64,000 bases of DNA, taken from positions 15,212 through 79,211 of the forward strand of contig JBHHYN010000002.1 in assembly GCA_046757565.1 (NCBI GenBank). Direction: 5' to 3'. Origin of the DNA: Gammaproteobacteria bacterium. Its GTDB lineage: Bacteria; Pseudomonadota; Gammaproteobacteria; Eutrophobiales; Eutrophobiaceae. This document shows positions 30,045 through 39,709 of the stretch, in pieces. The translations under genes were made by a program, and so were the position numbers. The notes beneath the pieces were generated by a model. It saw only the letters and a list, made by a program, of their open reading frames with translations, was not told where the DNA came from and ran no database searches. Numbering within the stretch: position 1 is the stretch's first letter; the number at the start of each line of letters is the position of its first letter.

Positions 30045-31769
30045 ATGCCGAGGTCCATCGTCCGCCGAAACTTATCCGATAACTGTACTCTTCCCGACTC
30101 ACTCCATCCTGTCCTGCGCAGGATATACAGTGCCCGCAATGTTACCCACCCGGAGCAACTGGATTATTCTCTGGAGGGTCTGCTGCCCTATCATGCGTTG
30201 CAGGGCATTGACCCGGCCGTGGCACTTCTGGTGGATGCATTGGAGCATGAAAAACGGATACTGATCGTTGCGGATTTCGATGCAGATGGCGCGACCGGTT
30301 GTGCACTGGGTATACGCGGGTTGACAGCGATGGGGGCTGCGGACTTGCACTATGTTGTCCCCAGCCGGTTTGAGTTTGGTTACGGTCTCAGTCCGGAGAT
30401 CGTGGAGGTTGCCGCCGCACGCAAGCCGGACCTGCTCATTACGGTCGACAACGGTATTTCCAGTGTCGAGGGCGTGTACGTGGCCAGGGCGAAAGGGATG
30501 CAGGTGCTCATTACGGATCACCACCTGCCCGGCAAACAGTTACCGGATGCCGATGCTATCGTCAATCCTAATCAGCAGGGTGATACGTTCCCCAGCAAGT
30601 GCCTGGCGGGCGTGGGAGTGATGTTTTATGTGCTCGCTGCCCTGAGAGCGCATCTGCGGGAGGAAGGCTGGTTTGCAAGGCGCCATGTACGGGAGCCGAA
30701 TCTCGCTGCCTTACTGGATCTGGTGGCCCTGGGTACTGTCACCGATATCGTTCCGCTGGATCGGAATAACCGTATACTGGTCGCGCAGGGCCTGGAACGC
30801 ATTCGTTGTGGCCGTTGCGTTCCCGGGATCAAGGCCCTGTTGAATGTTGCAAACCGGTCCGCCTCCAGGGTAACGGCCGGTGATCTGGGTTTTGTCATCG
30901 GACCGCGTCTGAATGCGGCAGGCAGACTGACTGACATGTCTCTGGGTATCGAATCCCTGTTATGTGACGATGACGCACAGGCCTTGACGATAGCTGCTAC
31001 GTTGGATGGACTTAACCGCGAACGGCGGGAGATTCAGCAAGAAATGCAGACGCTGGCGGAGACGCAAATGCCGCTTCTGGACGATAAAAACAGCCCGCCC
31101 ATGGGACTATGCCTCCATGACGCAACGTGGCATCAAGGCGTTGTCGGTATCCTCGCTTCAAGGATTAAAGATAAGTGGCATCGTCCCGTCGTTGCCTTTG
31201 CCAAAGACCATGATGGTTTGCTCAAGGGATCGGGACGTTCCGTTACCGGGGTGCACTTTCGGGATGCGCTGGACGCCATTGCCACGCGTGAGCCCGGTTT
31301 GATTGTCAAATTTGGTGGCCATGCCATGGCGGCGGGATTAACGATCCATGAGAAAAATTTCATACGCTTCAAGAATGCATTCGAGGGGGAGATGCAACGG
31401 CATCTCTCTGCGGATAACCTGCAGGGCACCCTGTACAGCGATGGAGAGTTGAGTGCCGAATACATCAGCCTGTCACTGGCTGAAGCCATTTATCTGGGAG
31501 GGCCATGGGGACAGGGATTCCCCGAGCCTCTGTTCGATGGATTGTTCGAGATTGTGGAGCGCCGCATTGTCGCAGGCCGGCATTTGAAAATGATTCTCAA
31601 ACTACCCGGATCAGAGGATGATTATGATGCCATCGCTTTTTTCACAATCGACGAGGAGTGGCCCGACCCGGTCGATCGTGTGCAACTCGCCTATCGTTTG
31701 GTTATTAATAAATATCGCGGCCACAGCAGGCTGCAACTGCTCGTCGAACATGTTGAGCCGGTAACATAA
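30045..31769 (+). CDS. recJ: Single-stranded-DNA-specific exonuclease RecJ
   Basis: 574 aa. DHH and DHHA1 motifs (ITDHHLPG...). The N-terminus aligns with E. coli RecJ (LRRLYASRGV vs LRRIYSARNV). TATAAT lies 7 nt before the ATG. Confidence 0.93.
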   Translation: MPRSIVRRNLSDNCTLPDSLHPVLRRIYSARNVTHPEQLDYSLEGLLPYHALQGIDPAVALLVDALEHEKRILIVADFDADGATGCALGIRGLTAMGAADLHYVVPSRFEFGYGLSPEIVEVAAARKPDLLITVDNGISSVEGVYVARAKGMQVLITDHHLPGKQLPDADAIVNPNQQGDTFPSKCLAGVGVMFYVLAALRAHLREEGWFARRHVREPNLAALLDLVALGTVTDIVPLDRNNRILVAQGLERIRCGRCVPGIKALLNVANRSASRVTAGDLGFVIGPRLNAAGRLTDMSLGIESLLCDDDAQALTIAATLDGLNRERREIQQEMQTLAETQMPLLDDKNSPPMGLCLHDATWHQGVVGILASRIKDKWHRPVVAFAKDHDGLLKGSGRSVTGVHFRDALDAIATREPGLIVKFGGHAMAAGLTIHEKNFIRFKNAFEGEMQRHLSADNLQGTLYSDGELSAEYISLSLAEAIYLGGPWGQGFPEPLFDGLFEIVERRIVAGRHLKMILKLPGSEDDYDAIAFFTIDEEWPDPVDRVQLAYRLVINKYRGHSRLQLLVEHVEPVT

Positions 31770-31780
31770 AAAATAGTTAT

Positions 31781-32896
31781 CTATCCGGTCTGTTTTTTGC
31801 GATCGCGAGAGTCTTCCGCACTGAATATCTCCACGTCAGAGTTCCGATTATCAGAAGTCTGTAGTGACAGGTCATACAAAACGATGCGGTTGCGTCCACC
31901 TTCCTTTGCCTGGTACAGGGCCTTGTCAGCGGCATCAAGCAGTGTGCTTGGTGGCAGACCCGGCTGAATGCATACATATCCCGTGCTGACGGTCACTTTT
32001 TCCCCTCTGGGGAATCTGTAATATTCGACACTTTCACGAAAACGATTCAGGGCCGCCAGGACGCCCTTCTGATCGATGTCATTGAGTATGACAATGAACT
32101 CTTCGCCTCCATAGCGAAACAACAGGTCATTATAGCGAAAGGTTTTCTGCATAATGCGCGCAAACAGAAGCAGTATCTCATCGCCATAGAGGTGGCCGAA
32201 GGAGTCATTTATCTTTTTGAAGTGGTCGATGTCCAGCATCGCCAGCCAGGAATTTTTGTCAGTATCGTCTTTTCGCCGGGAATCGTCCCAGCATGACTGC
32301 AGCACCTTGATAATGCGGTCGTTGAAGGCTTTACGGTTGAGCAGACCTGTGAGTGTATCGTGTGCGTTACTTTCGGCCTGGATCGAGAGGTTCTGATAGA
32401 GCGCCAGCAGGAAATCGATCCTGTCCTGGTCAGAAGCAGTAACCGGTGCGTCATTGACAATAAGGAAGCGGCTGAGACCCTCATAGGCCGTCAATGGGAT
32501 CACTCCGTCGTAGCCTGCCTCACTCTTCTCCGAAGAGGATAATTGCAAAGCGTTCGTTAACCACGGTATTTCCCGGGAATCGCCGCTGATTACAAAATGC
32601 TTATCACGCAGGGAAAACTCGTAGACGCTTAGGGCGCCGGGATCATCGAAGGCTTGAGGCGTGCCGTTACTTCTGATCTCATACAACCTGGCGGATTGGA
32701 CGCTGTCGAGACTGTTCAGGATCTCCAGCAGGACCGCGGACAGGGAGAGGAAGTCCCGTTGCCGGGTCAGGCGTATGGCGGCCTCTCTATCCGGGTCGGG
32801 CAAGCGGCTGGGTGTCTCTGTTGTCATGGTTTTTTTGTGTTGCACTGGCACGACAGGCAGCAAACTGCAGGCCAATGCCGGGAAGCATGCGTACAT
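31781..32896 (-). CDS. Diguanylate cyclase (GGDEF) with uncharacterised N-terminal domain
   Basis: RYGGEEFIVIL GGEEF motif and inhibitory-site-like RxxD. The N-terminal ~190 aa has no recognisable motif. The true start is possibly MTTETPSRL (~32827). Its stop is only 11 bp from the recJ stop (convergent). Confidence 0.85.
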   Translation of the reverse strand: MYACFPALACSLLPVVPVQHKKTMTTETPSRLPDPDREAAIRLTRQRDFLSLSAVLLEILNSLDSVQSARLYEIRSNGTPQAFDDPGALSVYEFSLRDKHFVISGDSREIPWLTNALQLSSSEKSEAGYDGVIPLTAYEGLSRFLIVNDAPVTASDQDRIDFLLALYQNLSIQAESNAHDTLTGLLNRKAFNDRIIKVLQSCWDDSRRKDDTDKNSWLAMLDIDHFKKINDSFGHLYGDEILLLFARIMQKTFRYNDLLFRYGGEEFIVILNDIDQKGVLAALNRFRESVEYYRFPRGEKVTVSTGYVCIQPGLPPSTLLDAADKALYQAKEGGRNRIVLYDLSLQTSDNRNSDVEIFSAEDSRDRKKQTG

Positions 32897-33127
32897 AAAG
32901 ATAGGTACAGGAAGTTCCTACCTTATACGAACAGGGTCCTGACGGTCAATCGCAATGTCAAGCAACGAGGTATCTTTGGCCATCGGATTTGAGTGCAGGC
33001 AGCTCAAGTTTGGCCATTATCGGCCGCTAAACTGTTGGCTAAATGGCCAATCCGATCCGGTTATATCTGTGCCGGTGACGGCTCTCAGGTAGTGTATCGA
33101 GTCCAGTTCAACCCTGAATAATTCTGA

Positions 33128-34861
33128 ATGCGCGAGAAGCCTAAAATTAAACTCCTGTTACTGGAGGACAATGCCGGTGATGTCCGGTTGATTATGGAAT
33201 CATTGTCGCACGATTGCCCCGGAAAATATGACATAACAACTGCTGATCGAATAACAAAGGGAATTGAGTTGTTGAAGGACCATGATTTTGATGTCGTCCT
33301 GACCGAAATGTCGCTTCCTGACTCTGGCGAATCTGGCTCAATCGACATCATTCAAGATGCATATTCGGGTTTACCACTGGTCGTATTAAGCAGCGACGAA
33401 GGTGAAAACCTGGCTGCGCAGATAGTGAAGTCTGGCGCACAGGATTATCTTGTTAAGGGTCAGGGAGACGGTCATCTTGTCGACAGGGCAATCCGCTATG
33501 CTATAGAACGAAAACAGATCGAACAGGGACTCAGTTATCTCACCCGGTACGATGCCCTGACGGGTCTGGCTAATCGCCTGTTATGCCGCGAACGTTTAAG
33601 CAGGGCATTGATCAGGGCGGACAGAAATGAGTCACTCATCGCATTGATGTTTATCGATCTGGACCGCTTCAAGAACATAAATAATATTCTGGGACATGAT
33701 GCCGGCGATAAACTGCTGATTGAAGCCGGTAACAGGATGCGAAGCTGTATCCGTGAAGGAGATACAATCGCCAGACCAGGCGGTGATGAATTTACAATCA
33801 TTCTTGAGGGTATCAAACAGGTTGATGATGCGGCCACAGTTGCAGACAAGATAATGCAAGCAATGGTGCCGGCTTTCAATCTGGATGGTCAGGATGTGTA
33901 TGTGACACCCAGCATCGGCATCACAATTTATCCACTGGACGGAAGATCTGAAAACAGTTTATTGAAAAACGCCGATGCGGCGATGTATCGTGCCAAGGAA
34001 CAGGGCCGTAACGGTTTCCAGTTCTACACGGCAGGTATGAATACCAAAACAATCAAGCGGCTCGAGCTGGAGGCGGAACTCCGCCAGGCCCTGGTCAATA
34101 ATGAATTTGTACTCTATTACCAGCCAAGGGTCGATATAGACAGTGGTGAAATAATTGGTGTCGAGGCATTAATTCGCTGGCGTCGCAAGGAACATGGCCT
34201 GGTGTCGCCGCTTGAATTTATCCCTCTTGCAGAAGAGACGGGTCTCATCGTACCCATCGGCGAATGGGCAATCAGGACCGCCTGCAGGCAGATTTCCACC
34301 TTGCAGTCGGCCGGATTTGATCATTTATGCATGTCTGTGAATCTGTCCGCCCGGCAATTCAGGGAATCTGATGTGGTGAAAACGATACTGGAATCAGCAA
34401 TTCACGCCAGTATCGAACCGGAAAACATAGATATTGAGATCACTGAAAGCATGTTGATGGACGATACGGAAGCAAGTAATACGATACTTAAACAACTCAA
34501 AGAACATGGGTTGAGTATATCAATAGACGATTTTGGAACAGGTTATTGCTCTCTCAGTTATCTGAAGCGTTTCAATATCGATACGTTAAAAATTGATCAA
34601 TCCTTTGTCCGTGATATTACAACAAGCCCTGACGATGCCGCCATGGTTGCAGCTATTATCTCCCTTGGAAGGAGTTTGCGTCTTACTGTCGTTGCTGAGG
34701 GAGTAGAGACCGAAGAACAACTCGTTTTTCTCAAAGCCAATGGGTGCCATGAGGCCCAGGGCTTTTTGTTCGGTAAACCGTTATCTTCCGGTGAATTTAT
34801 ACGATTGCTGGAGCAAAGGAACCGTATTCAGTCACGGGAACCAGTCGTCCGTTTGGCCTGA
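33128..34861 (+). CDS. REC-GGDEF-EAL protein; receiver has Glu at phospho-acceptor position
   Basis: RPGGDEFTIIL (GGDEF). EITESML, DDFGTG and KIDQ (EAL). The receiver reads FDVVLTEMSLPD, so Glu replaces the conserved Asp. Confidence 0.88.
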   Translation: MREKPKIKLLLLEDNAGDVRLIMESLSHDCPGKYDITTADRITKGIELLKDHDFDVVLTEMSLPDSGESGSIDIIQDAYSGLPLVVLSSDEGENLAAQIVKSGAQDYLVKGQGDGHLVDRAIRYAIERKQIEQGLSYLTRYDALTGLANRLLCRERLSRALIRADRNESLIALMFIDLDRFKNINNILGHDAGDKLLIEAGNRMRSCIREGDTIARPGGDEFTIILEGIKQVDDAATVADKIMQAMVPAFNLDGQDVYVTPSIGITIYPLDGRSENSLLKNADAAMYRAKEQGRNGFQFYTAGMNTKTIKRLELEAELRQALVNNEFVLYYQPRVDIDSGEIIGVEALIRWRRKEHGLVSPLEFIPLAEETGLIVPIGEWAIRTACRQISTLQSAGFDHLCMSVNLSARQFRESDVVKTILESAIHASIEPENIDIEITESMLMDDTEASNTILKQLKEHGLSISIDDFGTGYCSLSYLKRFNIDTLKIDQSFVRDITTSPDDAAMVAAIISLGRSLRLTVVAEGVETEEQLVFLKANGCHEAQGFLFGKPLSSGEFIRLLEQRNRIQSREPVVRLA

Positions 34862-34991
34862 TCGGGTTCGGCGTCCGTGTTCCAAGGTCGGATCTGAATA
34901 CCCTTTCGTAGAAATCAAATAAAGGATCCTGTATACCGGAACATTGATCAGGTAGAATAAGAGACTGTTATTTTTTAATAGTATAAATGGA

Positions 34992-36090
34992 ATGTTAGAA
35001 ATTAATCCTGAAATTTCCCAAATCAAGGTCATGCAAGAGCGAATAGACGCTCTCAGGGGGTATCTTTGAGTACGGAAACAAATCTGATCGTCTGTTCGAG
35101 ATCAATCGTGAATTAGAAGACCCGGATATATGGAATAATCCCAGGAGAGCGCAGGACCTGGGCAGGGAACGGGCCGCTCTCGAAAAAGTGGTGGGGACTA
35201 TCGATAAACTCGATACTGCCCTGTCTGATGTTGGAGAGCTGCTGGATCTGGCCAGGGAAGAGAATGACGAAGAGGTGGCTGCGGTCGTCAGCAGAGAACT
35301 TGAGGATCTGGAAAAGCAGGTATCGGCTCTTGAGTTTCACCGTATGTTTTCCGGTGAGATGGACCCGAATAACGCATTCATGGACATCCAGTCGGGATCA
35401 GGCGGTACCGAGGCTCAGGATTGGGCGGAAATGATACTGCGGATGTATCTGCGTTGGGGTGAGCAACGTGGATTCAAGACGGAATTGATAGAAGTCTCTG
35501 CCGGGGACATTGCCGGAATCAAGAGTGCTACGATTCGATTTGAAGGGGAGTATGCTTATGGCTGGACACGAACTGAAACCGGCATTCACCGTCTGGTAAG
35601 GAAATCCCCGTTTGACTCGGGAAACCGCAGGCATACGTCTTTTGCCTCGGTATTCGTATCCCCGGAAATCGATGACAGTATCCAGGTTGATATCAATCCG
35701 GCTGATTTGCGAATCGATACCTACCGCGCAAGTGGAGCCGGTGGGCAGCATGTCAATAAAACGGATTCTGCAGTGCGCCTGACACACTTGCCCAGCGGGA
35801 TTGTTGTGCAATGTCAGAATGAACGTTCCCAGCACAAGAACAGGGATCAGGCGATGAAGCAATTACGGGCGAAACTCTACGAGTTGGAATTGCAAAAACG
35901 CAATTCTGAAATTCAGGCTGTGGAGGATTCCAAGGCTGATATCGGTTGGGGAAACCAGATCCGATCTTACGTTCTGGACCAGTCACGAATCAAGGACCTG
36001 CGTACCGGTGTCGAAGCAACCAACACACAGGCGGTATTGAATGGTGATCTGGACGAATTTATCGAGGCCAGTCTCAAGGCAGGGGTGTAA
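34992..36090 (+). CDS. prfB: Peptide chain release factor 2 with programmed +1 frameshift (join 34992..35066, 35068..36090)
   Basis: Frame 0 [25 protein letters not shown] ends at AGG GGG TAT CTT TGA (35055-35069), identical to the E. coli shift site including the SD-like AGGGGG. The +1 frame continues [32 protein letters not shown]... to SPF and GGQ motifs and the stop at 36090. Confidence 0.95.
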
Positions 36091-36140
36091 GTAGAAAGTG
36101 AAAAGTGAAAAGTGAAAAGTGAAAAAATAGAAAGTGACAA
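36091..36140. repeat. Heptamer tandem repeat (AAAGTGA) x ~7 filling the prfB-lysS spacer
   Basis: gtagaaagtgaaaagtgaaaagtgaaaagtgaaaaaatagaaagtgacaagtgacg. Ends at the GTG start of lysS. Confidence 0.9.
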
Positions 36141-37628
36141 GTGACGAACAATAACGAAAATGAATTAATTGCCCAACGGCGCGAAAAGCTGGTAAAACTA
36201 CGTGAACGGGGCAGCGCCTATCCAAATGCGTTCAAGCGTGATGCACTGGCCGGCGATCTGCATGCCCGTTATGACGCCCTGGACAAGGCCACCCTGGAGT
36301 CCGATCCGGTCCGCGTAAGGGTTGCGGGACGGATGATGAGCCGCCGGGTTATGGGCAAGGCTTCGTTTGCGCATTTGCAGGATATGTCAGATCGGATCCA
36401 GCTCTATGTCAGATGCGACGATTTGCCTGAAGGATTCTATACCGAATTCAAACAGTGGGATATTGGCGATATCATAGGAGCGGAAGGAAACCTGTTCAAA
36501 ACGAATAAAGGAGAGCTGTCCGTGCATACAGAAGCCATGTATCTGTTAACAAAATCCCTGCGTCCACTACCGGAAAAATTTCATGGCCTGACCGATCAGG
36601 AGACACGCTATCGCCAGCGTTATCTGGATCTGATCTCCAATGAAGATACACGCCGTGCCTTTGTCATACGTTCACAGGTCATCGAGTTTCTTCGCACTTA
36701 TCTGAAAGGGCATGGTTTCATTGAAGTCGAGACACCAATGATGCATGCAATTCCGGGTGGTGCAGCGGCGCGGCCGTTCATTACACACCATAATTCACTG
36801 GACATGGAACTCTATCTGCGGATAGCGCCGGAGTTATATCTGAAGAGATTGGTCATTGGCGGCATGGAGAAGGTCTTCGAGATTAATCGTAGTTTTCGTA
36901 ATGAGGGATTATCGCCAAGGCACAATCCCGAATTCACCATGCTCGAATTTTACCAGGCGTATGCGGATTTTAATGATTTAATGGACCTTACGGAAGATCT
37001 GATGCGAACGCTTGTACAACAGATCAACGGCGATACGGGTATTGAATATCAGGGCGAAAAGTACGATGTCAGTGCGCCGTTTAACAGGATGGCGTTACGG
37101 GAGTCAATACTGCGCTTTAACACGGATTTACAGGAGACGGATCTTCAGTCTCTGGATGACTTAAGAAAAATAGCCGGGGCCCTGGATATCCACGTGGAGG
37201 AAAATTTCGGGATTGGCAAGCTCCAGCTCGAGATATTTGAAAAGACGGTGGAATCCAGATTGAGAGAACCTACATTTATCACCGCTTATCCTGTTGAGGT
37301 CTCACCACTGGCGCGTATGAGTGAAACTGACCCTTCCGTCGCTGACCGTTTTGAATTCTTCATCGGTGGCCGTGAATTGGCAAACGGGTTTTCTGAACTT
37401 AACGACCCGGATGACCAGGCCGATCGGTTTCGCAAGCAGGTGAAAAACAAGGAAGCCGGTGACGAAGAGGCCATGCATTATGATGCCGATTATATAACGG
37501 CTTTGGAATACGGCATGCCGCCGACAGCCGGGGAGGGGATAGGTATTGACAGGCTGGTGATGTTACTCACCGATTCGGCATCCATAAGGGATGTCATATT
37601 ATTTCCGCATATGCGTGTAAAAGATTAA
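36141..37628 (+). CDS. lysS: Lysyl-tRNA synthetase (class II)
   Basis: 495 aa. Class II aaRS motifs (FRNEG, GxGxGxDR). prfB-lysS operon order as in E. coli. GTG start. Confidence 0.95.
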   Translation: MTNNNENELIAQRREKLVKLRERGSAYPNAFKRDALAGDLHARYDALDKATLESDPVRVRVAGRMMSRRVMGKASFAHLQDMSDRIQLYVRCDDLPEGFYTEFKQWDIGDIIGAEGNLFKTNKGELSVHTEAMYLLTKSLRPLPEKFHGLTDQETRYRQRYLDLISNEDTRRAFVIRSQVIEFLRTYLKGHGFIEVETPMMHAIPGGAAARPFITHHNSLDMELYLRIAPELYLKRLVIGGMEKVFEINRSFRNEGLSPRHNPEFTMLEFYQAYADFNDLMDLTEDLMRTLVQQINGDTGIEYQGEKYDVSAPFNRMALRESILRFNTDLQETDLQSLDDLRKIAGALDIHVEENFGIGKLQLEIFEKTVESRLREPTFITAYPVEVSPLARMSETDPSVADRFEFFIGGRELANGFSELNDPDDQADRFRKQVKNKEAGDEEAMHYDADYITALEYGMPPTAGEGIGIDRLVMLLTDSASIRDVILFPHMRVKD

Positions 37629-37767
37629 GGACCCCTGTTCAATTCAGAACTTGCTTGCCTATTTGTTGTCTTCTTTACAGACCAGACATCCACCTGGCCT
37701 GGGAGCCTGTGCCTCCCTGCACTTGCAGTATAAGCCTGACTCTGGTTAAAAAGAGGAAACAGTTACC

Positions 37768-39276
37768 ATGTCAGAACAGATGCAATCCTTGCTGCTCCCG
37801 GCATTGGAGTTTATGGCCGTGGTTTTTACCTTATCAGTCGGACTGATAGTACTGGGAATAGTGATCCTGTATGTGATGGATGTCAAACAGACCAAACATG
37901 CAATCCGGCGTAATTATCCCGTATTGGGCCGTTTCCGTTATCTGTTCGAGCATCTGGGAGAGTTTTTCAGGCAGTATTTTTTTGCCATGGACCGGGAGGA
38001 AATGCCATTCAACAGGGCGCAGCGTTCCTGGGTCTACCGGGCCGCAAAGGACCTGGATAATACGGTGGCGTTTGGTTCTACACGCGACTTGCGACCTCCC
38101 GGCACCGTTTTATTTGTTAACTGTCCCTATCCGACCCTGGGTGTGGACACCGTTGAAACGGAACCTGCGATCATCGGGCCGTTCTGTAAAAAGCCTTATG
38201 CAACCTCATCGCTGGTTAATGTATCCGGAATGAGTTTTGGCGCCATTTCAAAACCCGCTGTGTTGGCCCTGTCAAACGGCGCCAGGATGGCAGGTTGCTG
38301 GTTGAATACCGGAGAAGGCGGGTTGTCACCGTATCATCTGGAGGGAGGGGCGGATATTGTTTTTCAGATAGGCACCGCCAAGTACGGTGTCCGGAACGAG
38401 CAAGGGGGACTCTCTGAAGAAAAACTCAGGGACATCGCCCGTCATGCCCAGGTCAGAATGTTTGAGATCAAGTTAAGCCAGGGGGCGAAGCCGGGGAAGG
38501 GGGGTATCCTGCCTGGTTGCAAGGTCACCCGTGAGATCGCGGGGGTCCGTGGTATAGCGGCCGGCAAAGACTCTATCAGTCCAAACCGTCATCCGGAGAT
38601 AAACAATAATACCCAACTGCTTGAAATGATTGACCGTGTCCGATCAGTCACCGGTAAACCCGTAGGGTTTAAGGCGGTCATCGGTGCCTATGGCTGGCTG
38701 GATTCCCTGTTCAAGGATATTAATAAAGCTGGAATGGAATCGGCCCCGGATTTTATCTCCGTGGACAGTGCGGATGGAGGCACGGGCGCTGCACCGATGC
38801 CCTTGATTGATGATATGGGTCTGCCGCTGCGCGAAAGCCTGCCATTACTCGTCGATAAACTGATTAAGTATGGTTTGCGCGACAGGATAAAAGTCATCGC
38901 TTCCGGAAAGCTTGTAACGCCGACAGATGTTGCCTGGGCGTTATGCATGGGTACGGATTTCGTCGTCTCGGCACGGGGTTTTCTGTTCGCGCTGGGTTGT
39001 ATCCAGGCTATGCAGTGTAATAAAAACACTTGCCCGACCGGGATCACTACTCATAACAAAAAACTGCAGAGAGGGCTGGATATCACGGATAAGGCGGTTC
39101 GGGTGATGCACTATGTCAAAAACATCAACAAGGGCGTCGGCATCATAGCCCATTCATGCGGCGTTAATACACCTCACGAGCTCAAACGTTATCATTGCCG
39201 TATTGTTACCGGCAATGGGTTATCTGTTCCGCTTGATGAACTGTTCCCCGAGGTCCGGCAAAACAGCGTGAACTAA
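37768..39276 (+). CDS. FMN-dependent glutamate-synthase-domain family protein (GltB domain-2-like) with N-terminal TM anchor
   Basis: N-terminal TM helix; NYPVLGRFRYLFEHLGEFFRQYFF and the downstream conserved glutamate synthase central region (GEGG, KxSQGAKPG). Confidence 0.8.
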   Translation: MSEQMQSLLLPALEFMAVVFTLSVGLIVLGIVILYVMDVKQTKHAIRRNYPVLGRFRYLFEHLGEFFRQYFFAMDREEMPFNRAQRSWVYRAAKDLDNTVAFGSTRDLRPPGTVLFVNCPYPTLGVDTVETEPAIIGPFCKKPYATSSLVNVSGMSFGAISKPAVLALSNGARMAGCWLNTGEGGLSPYHLEGGADIVFQIGTAKYGVRNEQGGLSEEKLRDIARHAQVRMFEIKLSQGAKPGKGGILPGCKVTREIAGVRGIAAGKDSISPNRHPEINNNTQLLEMIDRVRSVTGKPVGFKAVIGAYGWLDSLFKDINKAGMESAPDFISVDSADGGTGAAPMPLIDDMGLPLRESLPLLVDKLIKYGLRDRIKVIASGKLVTPTDVAWALCMGTDFVVSARGFLFALGCIQAMQCNKNTCPTGITTHNKKLQRGLDITDKAVRVMHYVKNINKGVGIIAHSCGVNTPHELKRYHCRIVTGNGLSVPLDELFPEVRQNSVN

Positions 39277-39306
39277 GTTACGGGTGGCGATGGCAATCTG
39301 TTCAAC

Positions 39307-39553
39307 TAGCCTGCATATTGCATGAATCCACTGGAAAACGAAGTAAAACCGTTGGCCATCAAGGGGTTCGCCGTTTCCTGCGAAAGGACAGTTTGTGCCC
39401 GCCTCCCCGTTTGGCGAGCCCGGCGTAATCATCTCGCCAAAGCTACCGCTCCTCGGCTCTGGCTTCCTGCTTCACTCTACCTCCCCGCATCCCTGCGGTT
39501 CGTACTCACGCTCCTTACCTACTTCCTGTAGGCAACTCATGCAATATGCAGGC
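39307..39553. mobile_element. MITE-like element: ~205-bp structured core flanked by perfect 20-bp terminal inverted repeats (TCATGCAATATGCAGGCTAG)
   Basis: 39307-39326 tagcctgcatattgcatgaa is the reverse complement of 39531-39550. The internal region is GC-rich with multiple hairpins. The TIR sequence recurs as solo copies at 9799 and 14724. Confidence 0.55.
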
Positions 39554-39709
39554 TAGTCAATTGTTTGCCGGGCAAGACCGGATGCGGCAACGTTGACGGC
39601 AGGACTCATGTCAATGCCCGGGGTTTGGAAACCGCATAGCCTTGTACACAGGCCACGCCAATCTCATGCATGGAGGTAATAATTCAGCGCTTTCTTGACT
39701 GGATGATGA

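Noticed and set aside
39322-39531. 69-aa ORF exactly spanning the core of the IR-flanked element
   Set aside because: The translation is low-complexity (LPASLYLPASLRF), and its start and stop fall inside the TIRs. More likely a non-coding structured core.
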